Below are positions 28,974 to 37,971 of a stretch of 64,000 nt of DNA, piece by piece (position 1 is the first letter of the stretch; each line of letters starts with the position of its first letter). Under the pieces are notes generated by a model. That model made no database searches. It saw nothing but the letters and a program-made list of their open reading frames with translations, and was not told the origin of the DNA. The translations under genes and the position numbers were made by a program. This DNA is from a virus (taxonomy: Duplodnaviria; Caudoviricetes), in the IMG/VR virus record IMGVR_UViG_3300020577_007160, positions 115,513-179,512 of that record. The stretch is one strand, 5' to 3'.

Positions 28974-29845
28974 AGTTTAATTTCAAGTAATGTGCTATTT
29001 TCTGATTCCTTTATATTAAATTCACCATCATGAAGCAAAACGATCTTTTTAATCAAGAGGAGATTTACTGGAGTATTATTGCGATCTTTATATTCTCGTG
29101 TTAAAAAATAAAGAGAACGTTCAAATAAGGAACGATAAATTTCCTTATATTCGAGACGAGAATTAAATTGAAATGTTATTAAAATTCGGTGTTCAGAACC
29201 AACAGATATTCTGATTATTAATTCTAATGGCTTTTCACCTGACGAAAGAATAGCGTAGGAAAATATTGCTCGTGTCAATATTCCTAATAAATTAGAATCT
29301 ACTTTACCATAAATTTCTAATTCCGTAGAAACAACATTTGCTTTCACGGTTGGAGATTGAAGTCCCGTAACTCGCTTTCGAAAAAACGATATTAATTCTA
29401 TTTCTGAGAGTTCAACTGAATAAATTGAATTAAGTATTTCCCGAGAAAATATAAAATAATTTACCTGATTTATGCAGTTCTCAATAGCATTTAGAATCTC
29501 ATATTTTTTATGAAGTATCTCATTCTCATCAATTTCTGAAAACTTAACCTTTAATAAAATTACTTCTAAGTTATTGAGAATAAGATCAAAGAATAGTTTT
29601 ATTTCATTTCCAAAATCTTCAATAATGGATTGAACCTGAGAATTTAATAAGGCATCCTTGGAATCTTTTTCTATTTCTGCTCGGAGTTCTGATTCGTGTT
29701 TTATTATTTCTGCTTGGTTGGTAAGATTCGTATATCGGTTTCTGGTAATTATCAATGGTATGACCCCAACGCACACTACCAGTAATAGTACTACCAGTGT
29801 TATCCAGAGACCTGTAGATATTAATGGTATATAGGGAAACTCCAT
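28970..29845 (-). CDS. degenerate (pseudo) sensor histidine kinase, membrane anchored
   Basis: N-terminal TM; HisKA-like FGNEIK (His replaced by Asn), FSRE..ELSEIEL linker; HATPase-like VDSNLL..IFSYAI, LFER, LLLIKKIVLLHDGEF with N/G1/G2 residues lost. Confidence 0.6.
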   Translation of the reverse strand: MEFPYIPLISTGLWITLVVLLLVVCVGVIPLIITRNRYTNLTNQAEIIKHESELRAEIEKDSKDALLNSQVQSIIEDFGNEIKLFFDLILNNLEVILLKVKFSEIDENEILHKKYEILNAIENCINQVNYFIFSREILNSIYSVELSEIELISFFRKRVTGLQSPTVKANVVSTELEIYGKVDSNLLGILTRAIFSYAILSSGEKPLELIIRISVGSEHRILITFQFNSRLEYKEIYRSLFERSLYFLTREYKDRNNTPVNLLLIKKIVLLHDGEFNIKESENSTLLEIKL

Positions 29846-29850
29846 ATAAT

Positions 29851-29888
29851 AAAAATCGGTTATAATAAAATTACTTATTATAACCGAT
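29851..29888 (-). terminator. intrinsic terminator after ssb
   Basis: 14-bp perfect stem ATCGGTTATAATAA/TTATTATAACCGAT plus T tail. Confidence 0.8.
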
Positions 29889-29921
29889 CTCTCAGTATTA
29901 AGAATTGTTTGAGCCTAATAC

Positions 29922-30260
29922 CTAAGGATTCAACACCTTTATCTCCAATACTGTTATTGCTAGATGATTCTTTCGAACATTATTGGCATCAGTATATGTT
30001 CCCATGGTTAATTCACCTTCAACATAAATCTTTGTTCCTTTTTTCACATTAGCCGCTACGTATTCTGCAACGCCCTGCCATGCTGTCAGGTTGTGCCATG
30101 TTGTCTCTTCCCGAGAATGCCCATCATTGGTCTTGAAATGCTTATGGGTTGCTATCCGGAAATTACAAACTGCCTGACCTGATGGTTTCACGTAGAGCAA
30201 TTCTGTATCCTTACCACAGATACCAATGAGCATGACCTTATTCAATGTTGCTGATGTCAT
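29922..30260 (-). CDS. ssb: single-stranded DNA-binding protein (OB fold only)
   Basis: LNKVMLIG..GKD, NFRIAT, TTWH..AW, KKGTKIYVEGEL; no acidic C-terminal tail. Confidence 0.9.
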   Translation of the reverse strand: MTSATLNKVMLIGICGKDTELLYVKPSGQAVCNFRIATHKHFKTNDGHSREETTWHNLTAWQGVAEYVAANVKKGTKIYVEGELTMGTYTDANNVRKNHLAITVLEIKVLNP

Positions 30261-30282
30261 ATATAATCCTTGTTATTATCAC

Positions 30283-30792
30283 TTAAATTTCTTGAAAATA
30301 ATTTAGAGTTTGAACATTAGGAAATATTCCCATTAATTTTTCTACTTCAACAGAAAAATTCTGAATAATAGCGAGAGGATCAATATTGTCCCAGTTGATT
30401 TTATAAACATCCTGTGGTCTCCAATTTCCAGTTTCTACTTTAGTATAAATATAATCTGGATCGTTTTGAAGATTTAATAAATATGGAGTAGGTTTTGGAT
30501 TTTCTTTGTCAGAAAAATTCCAACATTTATCAAAATTATTTAAATAAACATCTGAAGCGGAAGAAAGTAACATTGCTTTTATTAAGCAATCTTTTAAGTC
30601 TCGAAGGGTAACACCGGAGACCTCTTGTTTTCCGCGTTCTCCATCATCTGTCCAAGGTTGTCCGTTGTAGGGTCTATCACGAGAATTATCGTAATCTGAA
30701 CTACTTTGAGTAGACCAAATATTGAATTTTAATTCTTCTTCAAAATTTTCAGAAGTTGAATCTAAAACAGGAATATGTTCTGAAGGATTCAT
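30283..30792 (-). CDS. hypothetical protein
   Basis: 169-aa coupled ORF. Confidence 0.6.
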   Translation of the reverse strand: MNPSEHIPVLDSTSENFEEELKFNIWSTQSSSDYDNSRDRPYNGQPWTDDGERGKQEVSGVTLRDLKDCLIKAMLLSSASDVYLNNFDKCWNFSDKENPKPTPYLLNLQNDPDYIYTKVETGNWRPQDVYKINWDNIDPLAIIQNFSVEVEKLMGIFPNVQTLNYFQEI

Positions 30793-31364
30793 ATGTTCAT
30801 TTCCGTAATAATGTTAAATATCTTCACGCATAAATCTACGTCATAAGAAGCATTATGAAGATTTTCTTCCTCAACAATAATTCCGAGGATTGCTGCGATG
30901 GTTTGCAACTTAAAATCTACTAATTGATATCGCTTCTTTCTTAATCGGAAAGAAAGTATTGGATAAAGGTCAATGCAATCTGCCCAAAACCATGAACCAA
31001 AATAATTGTCATTATTTCTTTTGAAAAATCCCCTGAATATCTCATTATCAAAAGAACTAATATTATATCCAGCAAGATGGAACTTATCCTGCTTATCATA
31101 CTTATCAACATATTTTGATAATATCGCAACTATTTGTTGATAAATTTCAGGTTCTTTGGGATGAGACTGCAGGGATTCTAAAGTAACTTTTCCGATAGCT
31201 AGTGCTTCCTCCGTATAAGAAAACCCTTCATGAGGGCATACCTTAAAATTGAAGGTTTCTTTCACTTCACCTTCAATCATAATTGCACCAGAAATCTGGT
31301 GAATTCCTAGTGTTGACTTTTTGACATCTGTTGTCTCCAGGTCATAGAAGAATATCTTTTCCAC
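30789..31364 (-). CDS. DEDDh 3'-5' exonuclease (DnaQ-like)
   Basis: YDLETT, AGYNISSFD, HNASYD; GTG start at 31364 chosen because the promoter motif lies inside the longer ORF. Confidence 0.85.
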   Translation of the reverse strand: MEKIFFYDLETTDVKKSTLGIHQISGAIMIEGEVKETFNFKVCPHEGFSYTEEALAIGKVTLESLQSHPKEPEIYQQIVAILSKYVDKYDKQDKFHLAGYNISSFDNEIFRGFFKRNNDNYFGSWFWADCIDLYPILSFRLRKKRYQLVDFKLQTIAAILGIIVEEENLHNASYDVDLCVKIFNIITEMNI

Positions 31365-31406
31365 AGTAAAATCTTTCGTACAATAAAAGTATAATTTCAG
31401 ATTAGA

Positions 31407-31432
31407 AAGAACGAAATTCAATCAATAAGATC
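31407..31432 (-). promoter_or_regulatory. bipartite phage promoter
   Basis: GATCTTA-N12-CGTTCTT. Confidence 0.65.
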
Positions 31433-31677
31433 TACTTTACCATGATTGTCCCCATTTTATCATAATTAGTCCTATAAGTTTTAATAACTTGTTCTGGAGT
31501 TAAAGGTATGGTTCTTTTATTCCATTTTAATAAAACTTTATCAGAGTCCTTGATAAGAACTTCGGCTATATACCAATTTTCTAATATTGTATTGTTAAAT
31601 CCTGATTCTAAAATTCTACGAATAACCGATGAGTAATGTTCTTCCCAAAATGCAGAATCACCAGAAAAATTATTCAT
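31432..31677 (-). CDS. hypothetical protein
   Basis: 81-aa ORF. Confidence 0.5.
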   Translation of the reverse strand: MNNFSGDSAFWEEHYSSVIRRILESGFNNTILENWYIAEVLIKDSDKVLLKWNKRTIPLTPEQVIKTYRTNYDKMGTIMVK

Positions 31678-31699
31678 ATTATCAATGAGTATAATTATA

Positions 31700-31733
31700 A
31701 AATAAAATCACTTTTCTTTTTTGAGAAAAGTGA
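31700..31733 (-). terminator. intrinsic terminator
   Basis: TCACTTTTCT/AGAAAAGTGA stem plus TTTTATTT. Confidence 0.7.
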
Positions 31734-31753
31734 CTTACCTATTAAAATCAATA

Positions 31754-32023
31754 TCAATCTTCTAATTCAGATTTAACTAAAATCTGAACTTGTCTTGGTA
31801 ATTGAGAAAATCGTATTCTTTTGCCTAAGTGGCTTCCTACCTGACCTGACGTATGTTGCCAGAATCCATGGGGCTGTGTTGGTTCTTCGGAACTCCCAAC
31901 CATCTGGTACATGCCATTACGCTCTCTTTCAAAATCGAGAAATACAATTGTGTATCTATCGAAAGATTCTGACCCTGCGTCATAAACAGTTATTTCATGA
32001 CCCATTACAATTTCTGAAGACAT
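31754..32023 (-). CDS. conserved-looking small phage protein
   Basis: YDAG...DRYTIVF...P.GF.QH...HLGKRI.F..LP pattern. Confidence 0.6.
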   Translation of the reverse strand: MSSEIVMGHEITVYDAGSESFDRYTIVFLDFERERNGMYQMVGSSEEPTQPHGFWQHTSGQVGSHLGKRIRFSQLPRQVQILVKSELED

Positions 32024-32050
32024 TTGATTTTCCTAAACTAGTAAACAAAA

Positions 32051-32416
32051 TTAAAGTTCTTTTATAACGGAATAATACGTGCTGTAATAAAACATTTTAT
32101 CTTTTAATGTTAAATACCGAAATTTGACATTAATAGTTTTTATTTTAGACTTTTGAACTTGTTCTAAAGATTTTAGAATTTTTAAATGTAAAGGAAACTC
32201 AAATATTTTATCATAAAATGAATACCGGATCAAAAGAATAAGTTTCGTAGAAGAACAATACCATATACATGCTATATATGAACTATTGTAAATTTCATTA
32301 TTAATTTTCAAACCTGATTGAGCAATACTCTTTGGTAGAGAGTATCCAGAACTTGCTACTTGTTTTAGCTGTCCAGACTTAACCATTCTGTTAATATCAA
32401 ACCAATTGTCAATCAT
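32051..32416 (-). CDS. hypothetical protein
   Basis: Coupled ORF. Confidence 0.5.
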   Translation of the reverse strand: MIDNWFDINRMVKSGQLKQVASSGYSLPKSIAQSGLKINNEIYNSSYIACIWYCSSTKLILLIRYSFYDKIFEFPLHLKILKSLEQVQKSKIKTINVKFRYLTLKDKMFYYSTYYSVIKEL

Positions 32417-32964
32417 TGACTCTTAGAAAAAGAATGTTTATAAGTTGTATGCTTTCTTGTTATTGAATACACTAGAGTATTGGCGATTAATTCCAAGGGG
32501 AAATCTATTGTATTCATCAATTTTTCCCGATAGTATTCCCCTGAACCTGCCTCAAGATATGCTATGGTCATGTGGGGAATATAATCCTGATATGTTGGTT
32601 TGACACCAAAAAATCTTAAAAAAGAATCTTTGATAGATTCGAGTTCTTTTGTTTTGAAAACTTTAAAATAAAGAACATCATAACCATTATTTTCAAATAT
32701 ACCAATATCTTGGATTTCTAATTTAAGAGGTAAATTTCTTTTAAAGAATTTAAATATATCAGATATTGAAAGATCTTTAGGAATGTCTGAAGAATAGAAC
32801 AAAGTTACGTGTGGTTCAGATTCTTTGCCATATTCATGAACGTCAGAGTTAGGGATAGAACGTAAGATCCTTCCCCAAAATTCAGGAGAAATCTTATTGT
32901 TCAATAACAGGTAAACACAACTACTATCAGTTTGAATTTCTCGTTCTAGTATTTTAGTTTTCAT
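32413..32964 (-). CDS. 2H phosphoesterase, Acb1/T4 gp57B-like (candidate anti-CBASS)
   Basis: Two HxT motifs: EPHVTLFY and YIPHMTIAY. Confidence 0.75.
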   Translation of the reverse strand: MKTKILEREIQTDSSCVYLLLNNKISPEFWGRILRSIPNSDVHEYGKESEPHVTLFYSSDIPKDLSISDIFKFFKRNLPLKLEIQDIGIFENNGYDVLYFKVFKTKELESIKDSFLRFFGVKPTYQDYIPHMTIAYLEAGSGEYYREKLMNTIDFPLELIANTLVYSITRKHTTYKHSFSKSQ

Positions 32965-33009
32965 AAAAGAAAATTTAATATTATAGATCTTTTAATTATT
33001 AATTAACTA

Positions 33010-33429
33010 TTAATTTTCTTTTGTTGGCTCTTCTTGTGTTGATTTAATATATGTTATTTGTTTTGATAACTCTTCCATCAGCAGGTCGTAACTGCATTCC
33101 ATTCCTTCAACAAAATCTTCAGTAACTGAATCTTCGACTGAACTTACTGATTTTTCAAAAACAATTCCTAAATAAACTAACAACTCATTTCCATCTGCTA
33201 GTTTTTTATTAGAAAGAGCATAATTGAGTCTCATGAACTTAAAGAAAATAAGAACTTCTAAAAGAACATATGATGCCCTAAAATAGAACTCCCAGGATAA
33301 TGGATTGGTAGTGCCAATGAGGATACAAAATCCTAGATAAATAAAAATAGAAAATATAAAGAAAGCAAAATAAGAAGCATAAACAATTGCGAACTTATTC
33401 GAATCAAAAATTTCTTTAGGAGAATTCAT
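33010..33429 (-). CDS. membrane protein
   Basis: Two hydrophobic helices in the N-terminal half. Confidence 0.6.
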   Translation of the reverse strand: MNSPKEIFDSNKFAIVYASYFAFFIFSIFIYLGFCILIGTTNPLSWEFYFRASYVLLEVLIFFKFMRLNYALSNKKLADGNELLVYLGIVFEKSVSSVEDSVTEDFVEGMECSYDLLMEELSKQITYIKSTQEEPTKEN

Positions 33430-33451
33430 AGTAGTTTATTATCAATAAATG

Positions 33452-33709
33452 TTATGATACACCAAACTCTTCAAATGAAACCAAGACTCCAATAGAATCT
33501 AGGTAGTTTTGAATCTTTTCGGATTCATCCTGCGTCAAAGGTCTCGACTTATATAACTTCGTTTTCAAAGAGTTATAATTTAACTTACAAGCAGAACAAA
33601 CCTGAGTTATTTTAATAAAATGTGACAGTTCCTTTAACCTTGTAATAGTTAAAGGAACTGTACGAATGATTCGAGTTGAATTACTTTTTTCGGATCTTGG
33701 AATTTTCAC
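33452..33709 (-). CDS. small protein, possible HTH
   Basis: ITQVCSACKLNYNSLKTKL helix pattern. Confidence 0.4.
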   Translation of the reverse strand: MKIPRSEKSNSTRIIRTVPLTITRLKELSHFIKITQVCSACKLNYNSLKTKLYKSRPLTQDESEKIQNYLDSIGVLVSFEEFGVS

Positions 33710-34982
33710 TCTTTTTCTCGTGAATTACTGAATAGTTTTGATCAACAAACTTTTTGAATGTTGCGATTGGAAAATTTGAGAATGTTTTATTGAACGCTTT
33801 TCGTAAACCACCCCATGTTATTGAACCTAATTTTTCGAGTTTTTTATCAATCCAGGATTCAAAATCAATATTGGAAGTTTCGATTGCAATGTTTTCTGAA
33901 ATAGAAAACTGTTCTATAAAACTTGCTGTTGATAAAAATTTGTTTTTTCTGAGAGCATTCTGAAAATCCATTTTGCACAGTACTCGATACTTGCAAACTC
34001 GGATTTTTCCCTCATTTGTCCCTGGAACAGAGACCAGATCTCGAGGATCAATTTCTACTGCCAGGAGAACATCGCTTGCCCTATCCCAGTAGTTATGGAT
34101 ATAATCCAAATTTCCAACGTGTAAACCTGCACTACAAGTCTGATTCCTGTCCTGAGTGACTTTGTCACGGGGCATACGTATCGTTGCTCCTACGTTGTTT
34201 TTGATGGAACTGGAATACTTGTCATAAAGGTCTTTTCGAACTGCTTTGTACCCAATGATATTACCTTCTTCATTGATAATGAATTTTTGCATTGAAAGAT
34301 ATAGCAAAAAATATGGGAGTTCCGAAATAGATTCATTACTCAATAATTTCACTATAAACTTTTTGAAAAAATCAAGATTCTTATAGGAATCAATATCAAA
34401 ACATAAATCTTTGATTATATCTTTGAACGCGGGTATCTCATATTCCTTATCCCCCTGATAAAGATAAAAGATATTATTGCGATGAGTTATGAATTCTTTC
34501 AGATTTTCTGTTATGAAAATAACAGGATCCGAAAGTTCAAACATTGTTTGATAATCTTTGGCTTTGAATAATTCTTGTAAAAAATAAAAATGGGGATGAC
34601 CTTGTGCCACGTTGATGACCTTGTTTGTAGCAGTATCAATGATGTTCAAAAAATCCTTTGAAAATATACCTTTATATCTTTCTGGGGATTCTAACAACTC
34701 CTCATTGATTTTTAATTCCTTATAGGAAGGATATGTTCCTATGGTTTCAATCGGTTTTTCTGATTGAATTTCAGTAGTGCTTTTCTTTGTTATTCGGGAT
34801 TGTTCAGTTTTCTTTTCTGGAATTATATTGTATTCTTTCCAGACAAAAGTTTTCAACTCTTTCGAGTCAGGTTCTTGGGGGAAATCTTTTTTGAAAGATT
34901 TTTGGATAGATCCCCAAGCTAGAGAGTCCTGCTTCTCTAGCTTTTTATCAATCCAGATTTTCCAATCAGTTTGTTTTGACAT
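33681..34982 (-). CDS. rIIB: RIIB-like protein
   Basis: GYKAVR.D..D, MPRDKV..DRNQTCSAGLHVG, IDPRDLVSVP, KIRVCKY; follows rIIA. Confidence 0.88.
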   Translation of the reverse strand: MSKQTDWKIWIDKKLEKQDSLAWGSIQKSFKKDFPQEPDSKELKTFVWKEYNIIPEKKTEQSRITKKSTTEIQSEKPIETIGTYPSYKELKINEELLESPERYKGIFSKDFLNIIDTATNKVINVAQGHPHFYFLQELFKAKDYQTMFELSDPVIFITENLKEFITHRNNIFYLYQGDKEYEIPAFKDIIKDLCFDIDSYKNLDFFKKFIVKLLSNESISELPYFLLYLSMQKFIINEEGNIIGYKAVRKDLYDKYSSSIKNNVGATIRMPRDKVTQDRNQTCSAGLHVGNLDYIHNYWDRASDVLLAVEIDPRDLVSVPGTNEGKIRVCKYRVLCKMDFQNALRKNKFLSTASFIEQFSISENIAIETSNIDFESWIDKKLEKLGSITWGGLRKAFNKTFSNFPIATFKKFVDQNYSVIHEKKSENSKIRKK

Positions 34983-34983
34983 T

Positions 34984-37494
34984 TTAAAATCCTTGTGCTA
35001 TAAATTTAGAATTAATTGAGTTAAAATTTTTCTCTTTGTGACCTTCGTAGTAAGAATACGTATTGAGAATTTCATGTCGTAGATAATTCATTCTCAGGAA
35101 GAAGAACGTATCTGCTTTTATAATCTTAGAACAAACTGATTTTAAATACTCTGTTGAAGACTCTGGCAAAGGAACTTGACAGTCCGCAGCATTTAAAAAT
35201 ATTATGGGCTTCAATACTCGATATAAAAGTTCTATGAAATCCCTTCGATCTTTCGGGATTTGACTTGAAAATGAAACTGGAGAACTCGTATTCTTCATGA
35301 ATAATTTCAATTTCTTTAAATTTCTATTTAATTTCGTATTCTTCTTTTGGATTGAGTTCTCAGGATTGTGCCTATAATTGTGTTCAAATATTGTTAGCCA
35401 ACTAACAAACTCTCGAAATGACTCCATATCTCTGAATCCTAAACCATGCAAAAATTCGGACAAAGAATCAAAATTATATTGATTAATTCGATATCCGAGT
35501 CTAAGAGTTTTTAAATACAAGGAATCTTTTGCGGAAAACGAATTCCGAATTTCAAAACACTTATTGAGAAACTCAGTGTTAAAATCCTCAAATGCCAGAA
35601 CTTCATAGGGAGCATTGGCCAAATCCTTAGCATTCATTTTAACAAAAACAGGAATGAAGTTTAAAATCTGAGAACATAATTTTACGAAATTATAAAAATA
35701 AATAGAATGATACGTATCATAAAATTGTACTTTATTCCCAGCATAGGATAAAAATAAATTCTTATCCTGATTAATTTTTTGCGTTGGGCAATTTATCAAT
35801 TTTATTATTTTTGGGGAAGACGTAGTTGTTTCAATGTAATCATAAATTTCACGGATAGTCGTCACCTCCGTAAAGTTACGGTGTGGGTTACCTAAATCTA
35901 ATCGTGGGGAAATAACCGTAATTGACTTGGAAATCTTCACAGGCTCAGATGAACCATAGTTTTCTAAATCAGAAACTTTCAATATGAAAAATCCAAGATC
36001 TCTTACTTTTGAGATATACTCATCAACGGAAATATCACTCTTTGGATACACCAGGAAAAGGGATGGCAAATCAATAGGGTTATGTACGTCGGAATGATTG
36101 TAAAAGGAATATCCTGGAACTTCTGCATTTAATTTTTCTCGAACTTCCGCGATACCTCTAGTATTCACTAAGGTATTACGCCAAGTATGGAGACAGATTT
36201 CATCTTTGGCACGGTTGCTCGTGCCTACAATGAGTAAGGGGTAATTTCGATGATTAAATACATTACTATTGGTATTGACCATACTTTGAATTCTCGCGAT
36301 ATCATAAGACTTCTTAAACCGATAATCCTTACCAAATTTGCTGACTGTTTTAACAAAAATATCGGAAGTCAAATCTAATAATTTTTGTGAATCTAAGGTA
36401 TATTCTAATTTGGATAAATCAAAAATACGATTCTGTTCTGGATCTTTGAGTACTCCAGAAAGTCTGATATTTATTGACAATTTTGAATATGAGTTTATAT
36501 TTCCGTTTTTATTGAAAAAATCAGACTTTATGGATTCGAAATAAAAGTCTTTGAATCTTTCCATATAAGATTTCAATACTTTTGCATTAGAATTTGTCAT
36601 TTCTATTTGTTCTCTATTGGAAGAGAATTCAATTTCTCCCATAGGAACTTTAAAAATAACATGAGTATTTCTATTAAATGTTGGATTATCAACATTCTTC
36701 CAAAACCAATCTTTATCTATATTATATGCAACATTCCCCATCACTACTTGAAAGTTCAAAAACACTGATTCTTGAATAAACATTTCGGGTGAATTCAATA
36801 CAGGTTTCCCATGGGAAAGAATTATTCCATAATTGGTTGAAAATATATCAGGAGTTTTTAAGTCATAATCTGATGGTTCTCCTAAGAGTTTATAAGGGAA
36901 AGATAATGCTATACTATAATTTTCAAATTCTGACCTGAACTTAGAAAAATCTTCATTCTTAATTGGCACACTTATTTCCAATCCGGAGTCTTCCTCTGTA
37001 GGAATGGAATTGAACAAAGATATTGAACCCAATCCCGTATCATCAAGATATGCAGCATAAGTATAAAGTTTTCCTTCATAATACGAATTAATAAGAAATG
37101 ATTCTGAATACGAGAATGCTGCCTTAGAACCAATTCCAATACAACCAGTGAAATCATCTGAATTTCTTTTGGTGCTTGCACCATAAGAAATGAATATATT
37201 CTCAATATCTTCCTGAGACAACCCTCTACCAAAATCACGAACTTTGAAATAGTGATTTAATTCTGATGGTAAAGTTATTTCAATAGGACGTGAAGAGTTA
37301 TTTTCTATAGTAGCGTCAATAGCATTAGTAACATATTCTCGAATGACTGCCAACACTTTATTATTGTACAGTTTATTTCGGAGAATGTTCACAATATGAA
37401 CTACGTTCTCCGTTTGGATATAGAAATTTTTGGTTGAAAAATCCCCAAGGATACCAACTTCTCTTTCAATCAAATTTGTTCTCATATTTTTCAA
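34984..37494 (-). CDS. rIIA: RIIA-like protein (GHKL ATPase N-terminus)
   Basis: LY.NK..AVIREYVTNAIDA, VRDFGRGLS, YGASTKRNS, GIGSKAAFSY. Confidence 0.88.
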   Translation of the reverse strand: MKNMRTNLIEREVGILGDFSTKNFYIQTENVVHIVNILRNKLYNNKVLAVIREYVTNAIDATIENNSSRPIEITLPSELNHYFKVRDFGRGLSQEDIENIFISYGASTKRNSDDFTGCIGIGSKAAFSYSESFLINSYYEGKLYTYAAYLDDTGLGSISLFNSIPTEEDSGLEISVPIKNEDFSKFRSEFENYSIALSFPYKLLGEPSDYDLKTPDIFSTNYGIILSHGKPVLNSPEMFIQESVFLNFQVVMGNVAYNIDKDWFWKNVDNPTFNRNTHVIFKVPMGEIEFSSNREQIEMTNSNAKVLKSYMERFKDFYFESIKSDFFNKNGNINSYSKLSINIRLSGVLKDPEQNRIFDLSKLEYTLDSQKLLDLTSDIFVKTVSKFGKDYRFKKSYDIARIQSMVNTNSNVFNHRNYPLLIVGTSNRAKDEICLHTWRNTLVNTRGIAEVREKLNAEVPGYSFYNHSDVHNPIDLPSLFLVYPKSDISVDEYISKVRDLGFFILKVSDLENYGSSEPVKISKSITVISPRLDLGNPHRNFTEVTTIREIYDYIETTTSSPKIIKLINCPTQKINQDKNLFLSYAGNKVQFYDTYHSIYFYNFVKLCSQILNFIPVFVKMNAKDLANAPYEVLAFEDFNTEFLNKCFEIRNSFSAKDSLYLKTLRLGYRINQYNFDSLSEFLHGLGFRDMESFREFVSWLTIFEHNYRHNPENSIQKKNTKLNRNLKKLKLFMKNTSSPVSFSSQIPKDRRDFIELLYRVLKPIIFLNAADCQVPLPESSTEYLKSVCSKIIKADTFFFLRMNYLRHEILNTYSYYEGHKEKNFNSINSKFIAQGF

Positions 37495-37528
37495 AATTTA
37501 AAATGAATCAAATACTCACTGTAGGGGA

Positions 37529-37552
37529 AAGAACGTCTAATGGTCTATAAAA
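37529..37552 (-). promoter_or_regulatory. bipartite phage promoter for rIIA
   Basis: TTTTA-N12-CGTTCTT. Confidence 0.6.
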
Positions 37553-37592
37553 AGAAAGTTCTTGTCATTACAAAAGTAACAACAAGAACTTT
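37548..37592 (-). terminator. intrinsic terminator
   Basis: AAAGTTCTTGT/ACAAGAACTTT stem plus CTTTTT. Confidence 0.75.
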
Positions 37593-37616
37593 GAATCTTG
37601 GATTGAGAACTATAAA

Positions 37617-37925
37617 TTAATAACCAGCTATATCCAATTTCTTTTTGATATAAGCAATTACCTTTTCAGCTACGTCTTCTTCCTCGTAATTCATTTGTCG
37701 TTTCCGCCAATAATCTAATTTTTTTACATCATCACTGGTAGCAATTTTTGAAAAATTACGTATATCAGTATAATCTAATTCATCATCGTTATGCTGGGAC
37801 ACATCTTGTAGAAATGCATCAATTCTACCTGGTAACTTTGAAGTTACATTAGCTTCCGCAATCCCTACTTTTTTCTCAAGTCTCTCTAATCTTTCAACTA
37901 GAGAAGAAGTTCTATTTCGCACCAT
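37617..37925 (-). CDS. leader-tagged small protein outside the virion module
   Basis: MVRNRTSSLVERLERLEKKVGIAE. Confidence 0.65.
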   Translation of the reverse strand: MVRNRTSSLVERLERLEKKVGIAEANVTSKLPGRIDAFLQDVSQHNDDELDYTDIRNFSKIATSDDVKKLDYWRKRQMNYEEEDVAEKVIAYIKKKLDIAGY

Positions 37926-37971
37926 TTCGATTTTCTTTCAATAAAGATTAAAATTATATATTATATAACGT

